Assembly: GCA_002269645.1 (NCBI GenBank)
Contig: NIVC01003865.1
Span: forward strand, 1-64,000
Origin: Macrostomum lignano
Taxonomy: Eukaryota
Direction of reading: 5' to 3'
Length of the DNA: 64,000 nt
Positions within the stretch are counted from its first letter, which is position 1, and every line of letters begins with the position of its first letter. The notes beneath the pieces are model-generated. The model was not told the DNA's origin, ran no database searches, and was given only the letters and a program-made list of their open reading frames with translations. Shown here in pieces: positions 37,301 to 48,100 of the stretch. The position numbers were made by a program, and so were the translations under genes.

Positions 37301-40300
37301 TCATCGATGACCATATTCCAGAGAACTGGAGACAGCACCCCACCTTGCGGGCTACCTTTGCAGACGGGGACCGTCCTCTGGTAGCCCAGCAGACTGGCGG
37401 TGGCCGTGCGATGGCTGATCATGTACATGATCCATCTGGTGAGATGTGAGTGCGTTAGCCTCTCACAAAGAGCTCTTCGGAACGCCTCAAAGAGGACGTT
37501 ATCGAAGGCGCCAATGATGTCCAGGAAGATCCCCAGAGCAAAGCCACTACCAAGCACGGCCTTCTCGAGTTTATCGACCAGGACGTGCAGCGCGCTTTCA
37601 GTGGAGCGACCCGCCCGAAAAGCGTGCTGGTTCTCGCTGAGAGGTTTGTTCTTCAGCTCAACAGAGAGAAGGCGCCAAAGCACCAGTCTCTCCATCAGCT
37701 TGACCAGGGAGGAGGTCAAGCTGATCGGTCTGAAGGATTTGATAGAATGGTAGTCCGGGCGGCCTGGCTTAGGGATAAAGATCACCTTTGCCTCGGTCCA
37801 TGCCTGCGGGACATAACCAAGCGTGATGCATGCCCGAAGAAGGCTGCAAAGTTTGCGCAGGAAGCCTGGGCATTTAACCGCCTCTCTTAGAAGGGCCGGT
37901 ACAATGCCGTCGGGTCCTGGGGCTTTGAAAGGCTTGAAGGAATTTGCCGCTCTCACAATGCGGTCCTCCGTGATGATAGATGCAGCCAGCGCGTGACCTC
38001 CCTCCGAGTGATCCGGAGTGGTCTGGTTAGCTGGCTCGTTAGGGAAAAACGCAGTGAGCATTACATCAAGCGTTTCCCCTGGGTTGTCCGTGGACGTACC
38101 GTCGGTGCGTTTGACCGAGGAGAGCTTAGACATTTTGTCCAGCGTGAGCGCTTTCACAACTCTGGAGGTGGGGCGTGAGCCCTCTAGCTCCTCACAGTAT
38201 TGTCGCCATTTTTGAGCCTTTGCATTCCTAACCTGCCTTTTAAACTCATGAATTGCTTCATGATAGGCGGTTTGGTCTGCAGGGCTCTTAGTTTTAGTTG
38301 CTCTGCGGTGGAGTCTCTTAGCCCTGCGACGGAGGTTGCCGAGCTCGGGATTCCACCACGGCGCCGATTTTTTCCCTTTATAGGCTTTTAAAGGGCAGGA
38401 CGCCTCAAAGGCGGCGGTTAGCGTCTCTGTCAAAACAGTCGCGCACTCATCCGCCTCTCGGCACGACGTGATCGTGGATGGTTGGCCAGGAGACCGATGG
38501 AATTCCTTCAGGGCGAGCCCGAAGGTTTCCCAATCCGTATTTCTGGCGTTCCGTCTCCACATAACACGAGTTGCGCTACGCGCGGCCATTAGGTTGAAGG
38601 AGATGAACTTGTGATCCGATAGTGAGGACACTGGAAGCACCCGCCACGCCCCAATACTCTGGTAGAGTCTGGGCGTTGCGAGCGTAGCGTCGATCACCTC
38701 CGACCACCGTCCGTTGTCAAAGGTAGGGGTGGACCCAGAGTTGCAGAACTCGAGGGTCGTAGAGGCAACGTAGGCTAGGAGGTCTTCGCCTCTCTGATTA
38801 ATGCCAGTGCTGCCCCAGTGAGTGTGGTGGGCGTTGATGTCGCCGGAAACCATGAGCTCGTAGTTTTTGGCAGAGCAGAGCTCTACCAGCGTAGCGAGGG
38901 CTCTGGGGACGACCGCAGCATCGCCTGGTAGGTAAACCGAGGCAATGAGGGTGGTCTTCCCAGGAAGAAGGTCCTCGGATTGGATGACGCAGATGTCCCT
39001 GTTGGACAGGTCCGATCTGAGCCACGCACTGAGCGTTTTGCTCGCAAAGATGCAAGCTCTGGGAGGCTGGTTGGCCTCGCGAGGGTAAGTATAAAAACAA
39101 TTGTAGCCAGCAGGGGCGTTTTGAGGCTTACCTCTGAGAGTCCAGGGTTCCTGGACGAGGATGAGCCCCGGCTTGTCGAGCTCGGCGTAACGCATAAGGT
39201 TGACCGAGGCTGCGACGCAGTGCTGCAGATTAATCTGCAGGCAATGGATTCCCTGGTTGCTGATCATTATCACGCAGTTGGGGAATCGTTGAGCAGGTCA
39301 TCCTCCTCCTTTTCAGTGGTGGGTGACCCGCAGACCTCCATGGGAGTTTCAGCGTCCTCAGCAGTTAGGGTGGCTGTGGAGTCCTCCGCGGACGTGAGCC
39401 CAGCGTGGACGTTACCGTCGCCTCTCCTGCGTGCTTCGGTGCTGTCACTGCCCGTCCCCTCTGCCTCGTCGGTCAGGTCGATGCGGGTGTCGCCAGCCTC
39501 CTGGTGAGTCACAGACTCGAACCAGTCGGTCGGAGCCTCCCCGCTTAGAGTCTGGCCTTCTGGCTGTTGGGGTGGAGCGCGAGAAGCGCGGGCCCGCTCA
39601 CGATGCGCACGAAGGTTCTTGGCCTGGTCCAGCGCGCGCTGGATCAGGCCGGACCTCCGGGTGCTCCTGGCGGGTCTGCGATTGCGATTTCCGGTTTCAG
39701 CAGCGCGAACTGCCTTACCGGGCATAGGATCGGCCGTTTGCCTCGGCTTCTTTGCCGGAGGAGCCTGGGCCCCAGTTCCGGTTTCGGAAGCTTTGGCATT
39801 CTTGGCTTCATCAGCTTTCCGCTCCTCGCAACGGAGGATGGTCAGCTGAGTCAGACCAATATGAATTGTGGACTTAGGCGGCAAGCGCTTAGCCCAGTCA
39901 TCAGAGAGCCCTAGGATCACCGTAGCCCCCTTCTCCTTGCGGGAAGTGGCGTGGTGTAGGAGCCCGTTGACCTTAAGGTCGGGGTGCAGCTTTAGCAATA
40001 TTTGCCTAAGCTGATCTCCGGACTTAATGGCACTGCCGGCCGGGATCCAGACGCGAAAGCGCTGGGTCTTCTGTCGTTCGCCCTCGCTGGCGAAGACGAG
40101 CTTGCCGAGCTTCTTGGGCCAGTTCAGCTTTGGCAGAAGCTCGCGTAGATTGCGGCTGCTCTCCTCCGAGCTGCACCAGATGAAGATGCAGCCGTCGGTC
40201 TTGGCAGACTTGACCACGCTCACAGGGCGGCCCGCCAGGAGCTGGTCGATGAGCGCAGCATCGATGGTGCGCCAGGCACTGTCGAGCTCGTCGGCCGTGA

Positions 40301-42095
40301 GGTCCTGCTCTTCCCCGAAGACGATGACCGCCGGTTGGAGCTTGACCTTTGAGGCGTAGTTGGTGGCGGCGGTTCCCGAAGGCCCGGCCGCGCTTGTAGC
40401 AGGTATACTGGGTGGCTCACCAGCGGGGGTTGTATCCTGGGGGGCAGGGGTTGCTGTGGTTCCTTTCGGCCCAACAGCAGCCTCGCCCTCCCTAGGTTCC
40501 CCTCCGCCGGTGGCCGGCCCGCAGTACCCCGTAGTCGCCGTCGCCGCTCGTTGCGGCGTTGGTTGCGGGTGCGTCGGGCTTCAGCGGAGGGCCCGGTTGC
40601 GCGTGCGGGCATGTCACCAGCCGAGCCGGCGGCAAGCCCATCTGCCCCCGGTGGGGCGGCGCTGGTGCCAGAGTCACCGGCCGGAGTTGCCGGGGCCCCG
40701 GCTTCAGCGGGGGTTAAAGAGGCGGATGACGCCATAGCTGAAAGCGGGAAGGAGTGAGCTGAGTCACAAAAGAAAGAGGAAAGAAGAAAAAGAAAAGGAC
40801 CGCTAGCGACCGGACAACCCCCCGGCCTTCCAGCCCATCGGCACGGTCAAACACCTTAGGCATTAGGGGGTACGTTAAGCAGTACCACGGCCTGCAGGCT
40901 GGCAAGCCAGACCCGCATACCCAAATTCGGCCGAAGCCACTGGATGGGTCGCCAGCGTCGGAGCCCAGTCTGTCCAGCAGCCCTAGGGTCTGCCTTGAAC
41001 ACACGCGGGGACGAGTACCCTGGGTCGACTTGTGAAACAGCGTGAGGGGGGGGTCTGCGGCTGCCAGCGGCAAATAGCGGGTGCAGACCTCCCTCTCCAG
41101 CCTTGACCTGCTGAAGATAGGGGCAGGCGTGAAGCATCGCAGACCGTAGCCCTTAGGCCTGGTCTGTCTCATACTTCACTGGCGTGCTGAATACACCTTC
41201 GCGTGCAATCGGGTAGCTTAGTCTGAGAATAGGCCAGGAGAATCGGGTAGCTTAGTCTGAGGATAGGCCAGGAGAATCGGGTAGCTTAGTCTGAGGATAG
41301 GCCAGGTTGGTAGATTGAGCACACCTGGTAGATTTGAACACAGGTTGGTAGATTTGAACACAGGCTGGTAGATTTGAACACAGGCTGGTAGATTTGAACA
41401 CAGGCTGGTAGATTTGAACACAGGTTGGTAGATTTGAACACAGGCTGGTAGATTTGAACACAGGCTGGTAGATTTGAACACAGGCTGGTAGATTTGAACA
41501 CAGGTTGGTAGATTTGAACACAGGCTGGTAGATTTGAACACAGGCTGGTAGATTTGAACACAGGCTGGTAGATTTGAACACAGGCTGGTAGATTTGAACA
41601 CAGGCTGGTAGATTTGAACACAGGCTGGTAGATTTGAACACAGGCTGGTAGATTTGAACACAGGCTGGTAGATTTGAACACAGGCTGGTAGATTTGAACA
41701 CAGGTTGGTAGATTTGAACACAGGTTGGTAGACTTAAACACCCGCCGTCCGCGCAGGTGGATAAGCTGCTGTCCGCCGCCAGCATGCCGTCGGCGCTGTG
41801 CGCAGGCGAGCACCAGCCCCGCCTGGAACTGTGCGCCAGATTTCGCAACGCATCCTACACTGTGCAGATTCACTCCAGGCACAAGACTAGGCTATCTGGT
41901 TGTATTGAACTATTAGTTAATCTGGCGAATATAACTATTTATGCTTATCCGTTGGGCTGTTTCAACGCCCAGGGTCCCAGCGACTCAGCTGCGGAGTCGG
42001 CGGCTGAAAGCGGCAGGAGCGCCAACGCCAAGGTCGGACGGCCCAAACACGCGGCCGCTGGCCACAATTTGCACATGGACAATTGGGTGCCTTGA
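34348..42095 (+). CDS. DUF4773-like cysteine-rich protein with N-terminal membrane anchor, 2 exons, ~293 aa
   Basis: Exon 1 is 34348-34890 (donor CTG|gtatgg) and exon 2 is 41757-42095 (acceptor gcgcag|GTG), both phase 0. The Cys pattern CMCGRIAEPCNCCARL..TACVQFAY + LCARFRN..SGCIELL..LGCF resembles DUF4773 from memory. Hydrophobic segment WLYGLLLAAFIFAIVYLL. Confidence 0.75.
34927..35452. repeat. 34-bp minisatellite (GAGAATCGGGTAGCTTAGTCTGAGGATAGGCCAG), left part
   Basis: Direct reading. It resumes at 41207 after the retrotransposon. Confidence 0.97.
35565..39267 (-). CDS. Retrotransposon ORF2: APE endonuclease, reverse transcriptase, RNase H, C-terminal CCHC finger (two 1-bp frameshifts)
   Basis: APE: QINLQH, LVQEPW, SGDINAHH, SLSDH. 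RT: KAPGPDGI, FRPISLTS, LDIIGAFDNV, GSPQGGVLSP, GYADDV. RNase H: YTDGS, QNEVLAI, HSDSQAAL, WIPGHAGFPGNELADTLAK. Finger: CPFC..EDAQHFVCHC. Spread over ORFs 36850-39273, 36023-37036 and 35565-36305, with breaks at G runs 36911-36914 and 36041-36045. Confidence 0.95.
39270..40735 (-). CDS. Retrotransposon ORF1 (one 1-bp frameshift at ~40500)
   Basis: ORF 40735 (MASSASLTPAEAG...) joins the frame of ORF 39270-40223 if one base is added in the run at 40499-40502. The stop is followed closely by the ORF2 ATG (TGATAATG). Confidence 0.8.
41207..41306. repeat. 34-bp minisatellite, right part (~3 units)
   Basis: Same unit as 34927-35452. Confidence 0.95.
41309..41740. repeat. 20-bp minisatellite (GGTAGATTTGAACACAGG[CT]T)
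   Basis: Direct reading. It ends ~16 nt before the exon 2 acceptor of the DUF4773-like gene. Confidence 0.97.
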
Positions 42096-42717
42096 GTGCT
42101 CAGCTCATTTTTTGCATACGAGTTGCTTGTCTCTTTTAACCGGATTGGAAAATCAATAAGATTGATAATCGTAAATCTATAGAAAGGTGTTAGCACAGTA
42201 AAAGCTTTCATTTAAAGTTAATGCTCACTTGCCTACTTTCTACTCGGTACTCAGTAGCAAGTAGAGAAAATCGCTATCATTTTTGTCTGCTTGAAGCAAC
42301 TATTAAGCTGTTATTTTTATTAAGTCAGGAACAAAATAGTAGCGAATACTACTGACTTGACAGTAGTGTAAAAGAGTATGCGAATTGTGAGAAAACTATA
42401 GATATTATTATTAATATTATTCTTATGCATGCTCCACTGTATTAAACATCAGTTAGAGAATTTATTTTCTGAGATAATATTTTAAGTGTTTTGCTTATTT
42501 TATTTTGTCAACTGCTTCTTTGTGCATTTTTCTTTTCTATTTTTTATTTCAAAAACCTCTATGTTGCTAAGCTATCTTTTTTGTCGACCTGTTTTTTCTG
42601 CTACTGCGCAGGTCTATGAAAAATTAACAACTTCTAGTAGCTAAAACCCAAAATAGTGCGACTGTTAACTGTTAACCAACATTCAATTGTTTTTTTTACT
42701 TTACTGCGAGTCAAACT

Positions 42718-43863
42718 GCGAATGAAATGACACCCTCTGAAATGGCAGCCTCTCAAATGAAATGGCAGCCCCTCAAATGAAATGGCAGCCCCTCAAATGA
42801 AATAGCAACCCCTCAAATGAAATGGCAGCCCCTCAAATGAAATGGCAGCCCCTCAAATGAAATGGCAGCCCCTCAAATGAAATAGCACCCCTCAAATGAA
42901 ATAGCACCCCTCAAATGAAATAGCACCCCTCAAATGAAATGGCACCCCTCAAATGAAATGGCAGCCCCTCAAATGAAATAGCACCCCTCAAATGAAATAG
43001 CACCCCTCAAATGAAATAGCACCCCTCAAATGAAATAGCACCCCTCAAATGAAATGGCAGCCCCTCAAATGAAATAGCAGCCCCTCAAATGAAATGGCAG
43101 CCCCTCAAATGAAATAGCACCCCTCAAATGAAATGGCAGCCCCTCAAATGAAATAGCAGCCCCTCAAATGAAATGGCAGCCCCTCAAATGAAATAGCACC
43201 CCTCAAATGAAATGGCAGCCCCTCAAATGAAATAGCAGCCCCTCAAATGAAATGACAGCCCCTCAAATGAAATGGCAGCCCCTCAAATGAAATGGCAGCC
43301 CCTCAAATGAAATGGCAGCCCCTCAAATGAAATAGCAGCCCCTCAAATGAAATGGCAGCCCCTCAAATGAAATGGCAGCCCCTCAAATGAAATAGCAGCC
43401 CCTCAAATGAAATGGCAGCCCCTCAAATGAAATAGCAGCCCCTCAAATGAAATGGCAGCCTCTCAAATGAAATGGCAGCCCCTCAAATGAAATGGCAGCC
43501 CCTCAAATGAAATGGCAGCCCCTCAAATGAAATGGCAGCCTCTCAAATGAAATGGCAGCCCCTCAAATGAAATGGCAGCCCCTCAAATGAAATAGCAACC
43601 CCTCAAATGAAATGGCACCCCTCAAATGAAGTGGCACCCCTCAAATGAAGTGGCACCCCTCAAATGAAATGACAGCCCCTCAAATGAAATGGCAGCCCCT
43701 CAAATGAAATGACAGCCCCTCAAATGAAATGGCAGCCCCTCAAATGAAATGGCAGCCCCTCAAATGAAATGACAGCCCCTCAAATGAAATGGCAGCCCCT
43801 CAAATGAAATGACAGCCCCTCAAATGAAATGGCACCCCTCAGATGAAATGGCACCCCTCAAAT
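42718..43863. repeat. 19-20-bp minisatellite (CAAATGAAATGGCAGCCCCT)
   Basis: Direct reading. Confidence 0.97.
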
Positions 43864-44534
43864 GGAGTGGCGCACAAAGGCGCAACCCCCAGTCAAAACT
43901 GCTAGCTACGAGGTCCTGAACGCCTTCCTATTCGTTACTTCTGCACTTTTCTTTTTAATGATATTCTTTTCAAGCACCCGCAGATAGCAATAACTCTTAT
44001 TATGTAATTTCCTTTCTTCTGCCCAAGTCAATATTTTGAGCAGGCGGGAGTGGCTGGTCTTCTACCTTCCTTCTCAGCTGCAGTCACACCCGATTTGCCT
44101 TTAGGAATTTCTGTCTTCCTCGCACCTGTGCCATTTTTTATTTCCTATTATTTGCTATTTTTTTGACGGATGCTACTTATATACTACTTGTATTCTACTA
44201 TGCAGAACAGCGTTCAACAGACTCGGTATGATTATTTATTACTTCAGTCCACGCAAAGTCACGGAGCTTAAACGGAATAATATTTCATTCACTATATTAT
44301 GACTCTTAAATTGTATGTTGTTTTGCGTTTCGGACCTTTAAATAAGATTGTTTTTTTGCTTTGAGATACTTCTCAAGCACAATTGCGAATTGAAATACCT
44401 TTATATTTGAAATAATAAGAATAATATAAAATAATAGTAAGTTTACATTAGATTGAAACAATGAAATGAAAAACTTAACGCAGCAAACCTGGTAGACTTC
44501 ACAGACTTAAATCCCACATTCAGATAGTCAGCCT

Positions 44535-45090
44535 CCGTGATCCCATCAGCCTTCCCACTCTCTGACCCATCAGCCTTCCCACTCTCTGACCCATCAGCCT
44601 TCCCACTCTCTGATCCCACCAGCCTTCCCACTCTCTGATCCCACCAGCCTTCCCACTCTCTGACCCATCAGCCTTCCCACTCTCTGACCCATCAGCCTTC
44701 CCACTCTCTGATCCCACCAGCCTTCCCACTCTCTGATCCTGTCAGCCTCTCTGATCCCGTCAGCCTCTCTGATCCCATCAGCCTCTCTGATCCCATCAGC
44801 CTTCCCACTCTCTGATCCCGTCAGTCTCTCTGATCCCATCAGTCTCTCTGATCCCATCAGCCTTCCCACTCTCTGATCCCATCAGCCTCTCTGATCCCGT
44901 CAGCCTCTCTGACCCCATCAGTCTCTCTGATCCCATCAGCCTCTCTGATCCCATCAGGCTCTCTGATTCCATCAGCCTCTCTGATCCCATCAGGCTCTCT
45001 GATTCCATCAGCCTGTCTGATCCCATCAGTCTCTCTGATCCCGTCAGCCTCTCTGATCCCATCAGGTTCCCCCTCTCTGATCCCATCAGT
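44535..45090. repeat. 18/24-bp compound minisatellite (CTCTGA[TC]CCCATCAGCCT[TCCCACT])
   Basis: Direct reading. Lies just 3' of the DEF8-like gene. Confidence 0.93.
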
Positions 45091-45161
45091 CTTATCAGAT
45101 AGTGGGAAGGATGATGGGATCAATATTCCACTCCCTGATCCAACCACTGGGTCCCAGCCAT

Positions 45162-48100
45162 TCACACGGAGAACTGCCGCTTAGCCTGCAGCCGGAAGAC
45201 TCCGTAATCAGACAGGTGCAACTCGCTACTGGGCGTCACCATTAGCAGCCGCCGCAGCAGCGCCAGCTGGTCAGCCGCGGTCTGGCCCGCTCGGTAGACG
45301 GCCAGCAGCCTGGGATCGTAGGAGATCGGCCCTCCTGCCAGCTGATTGGCTCGGCGAACCTCCGACTGGCATTGGCAGACTCGACAAGCGCGGATGGTGT
45401 ACCGACAGGTCCTGTTGGTTTTTTGCGGCCGGTTTCGGGTGGGGCCCTTTATTGCAGAGCATTCAACTGCATACGGCTATGTAACTGAAACCTTAGTGAC
45501 ACCTTACACTTGGTGCAGTCTTGTGCATCAGTCTTTTTCAAACTCTTGTAGATTTATTACAACCTTGCTCATTCATTGCAGCATCTCTGCTTTTTATTGA
45601 ATTATTTAATGACACATTGTAACCTTCTTACACATGTTGCAACCTTCTTACACACGATGTAACTTTCTTACACATGATGCAACCTTCTTACACATAATGT
45701 AACCTTCTTACACACGATGTAACCTTCTTACACATAATGTAACCTTACACATGATGCAACCTTCTTACACATGATGCAACATTCTTACACATGATGCAAC
45801 ATTCTTACACATGATGCAACCTTCTTCTTACACATGATGCAACCTTCTTACACATGATGCAACCTTTTTAGACATGATGCTTTTTATTGAATTATTTAAT
45901 GACACATTGTAACCTTCTTACACATGTTGCAACCTTCTTACACACGATGTAACTTTCTTACACATGATGCAACCTTCTTACATATAATGTAATCTTCTTA
46001 CACACGATGTAACCTTACACATAATGTAACCTTACACATGATGTTACCTTCTTACACATGATGCAACCTTTTTACACATGATGCAACATTCTTACACATG
46101 ATGCAACCTTCTTCTTATACATGATGCAACCTTCTTCTTACACATAATGCAACCTTCTTACACATGATGCAACCTTCTTCTTACACATGATGCAACCTTT
46201 TTTAGACATGATGCAACATGCAACCTTCTTAGACACAATGCAACCTCATTAAAGGCATTTTGTATCCTTTCTCACACGTTGAAATTTTGCTCTTACATCG
46301 AACGTCTTCAACATACTCTGGAGTCAACCCTTCCCAAGTGAGCACCGCCAAAGCTGACCTGTGGTACAGACTGTCGCAGCCGTGGCAGTGCACAGCCACC
46401 TGGCTGTACTTGTACACCAGTCGCCGAGTGTCCAGACAGACTGGACACACGCGCGGTGTGCAGCTCAGACAAGCGGCCCTGTGATTGGCTGCGCACTGGG
46501 CGATTCTGATTGGCTGGCTGGTCAGCTGAGCCCAGCGGCCCTGTGCCATGGCCAGCAGCTCGCCGGGCGTGAACTCGCTGACCCTGTCGGCGCTGTCGAC
46601 AGCATCATCGTCGACTGTGGGCTGGGCAAAGTACATGTAGTGCATGGAGCCCGGCACCTGGGATGAGGTGTGGTGTACATGGTTTTGGATTTAATTAGGG
46701 ATGCTAAAATTAGTGACTTAATGCGAGCATATCTGGGTTTGGACTACATTAGATTTTCAAAGTTTAGACTTTACAACGCTTCAAATCAATTAATAAAAAT
46801 TAGGTACTAGGATGTGGTACAAGCAAGGTTAAAAAGCATAAATTAATTTATCCTAAAATCATAAAAATCATATTCCAATATACTTAAATTGATTTGTCTC
46901 TATTGTTTAATCTAAAAATTCAGAATTACCCCCAAAACGAAAAATCCTAGTGAAATCAAAAAATACAATTTGTGGGTTAAGTATTATTTCTAATTTAAGT
47001 TCCTACTATTGTATTCCAAAATTCTGATTAAATCCAAAATACCTAATATTTTCAAGCATCTATCGAGGGGTGTCTAAAAAGTAGTGATACTTTTAACTGT
47101 AGCTCTCGTTCTATAGCTTCCTGCGATTTAAAATTTGAACTGATAGATAGAACTGAACTGAATGAACTGATAGTGAAAAATCTCTTCTACAGACTGCTTT
47201 TTGAATTTTTAAAATTGATTCCAGAGAACAAAAGTTATACCCATGAAAGTAACAGTATATGTACCATAAAGTTACACAAATTATAGGCTGAGCTTTATGA
47301 GACCCATGCCGAGTAAGCTTCGATGAATTGTTGATTTCGGCTTGTCCAACCTGTCAGCGATCTCTCTAATGGTCATTCGGGAGTCCTCGTCAAGAAGATT
47401 CAGAATGGAGTCCGCCAGTACATCAGGTCGATGAACGTATGGCCGCCCCGTCCGATGCTGATCTGCCAAATCAGTCCTTCCCTCGCTAAACTGCTCCATC
47501 CATCGATAAACTGTCATTTTGCTGACCGCAGAGGATCCGTGCGCAGAGCAAAGTTTTGCGTGAATTGCTGAGTCACTTTGACCAGCGCCCCAAAGAGTGA
47601 AGATGGTACTTTGCTGAGCAACAACTGAGTGCACAGCCATGTGTGTTGTCGAGTATGGGCAATGAAATCAATTGCAAAATGCAAGCTCCTCTGTTTGCAA
47701 GTAAAGTAATGAATTTAATGCTTTATTTTTCTGCGCATGATTCTGTCCATAGACAAATTTCAGTCAGTCACAGTGAGCATCATTTTGCAATTGAGCTTTG
47801 GTATTGCTTAAGCAAGACATTTATCGATGCCTTCTTAATGAATGAGTGCAGAAGTCGACTAGTATAAATTTCGATATAGTTTGTGTAGCTCTATGGTACA
47901 GGGACTGTTACTTTCGTGGGTATAACTTTTGTTCTCTGGAATCAATTTTAAAAATTCAAAAAGCAGTCTGTAGAATAGATTTCCCGCTATATTAGTTCAT
48001 ACAATTTTAAATCACATGCAGCTATAGAACGAGAGCTACGGTTAAAAGTATCACTACTTTTTGGACACCCTCGTAACTTTTCATTTCACGAGCTAAAGTC

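Larger units (their letters stand above)
35453..41206 (-). mobile_element. Full-length non-LTR retrotransposon (R1/LOA-like; ORF1 + APE-RT-RNaseH-CCHC ORF2), 5754 bp
   Basis: 13-bp TSD AATCGGGTAGCTT at 35440-35452 and 41207-41219. Two ORFs on the minus strand. The 3' end is ...TAAGTCAAGAAGTAAGTC, with no poly(A). Confidence 0.95.

Noticed and set aside
35522-41172. Many plus-strand and alternate-frame ORFs over the retrotransposon
   Set aside because: They are shadows of GC-rich LINE ORFs on the minus strand.
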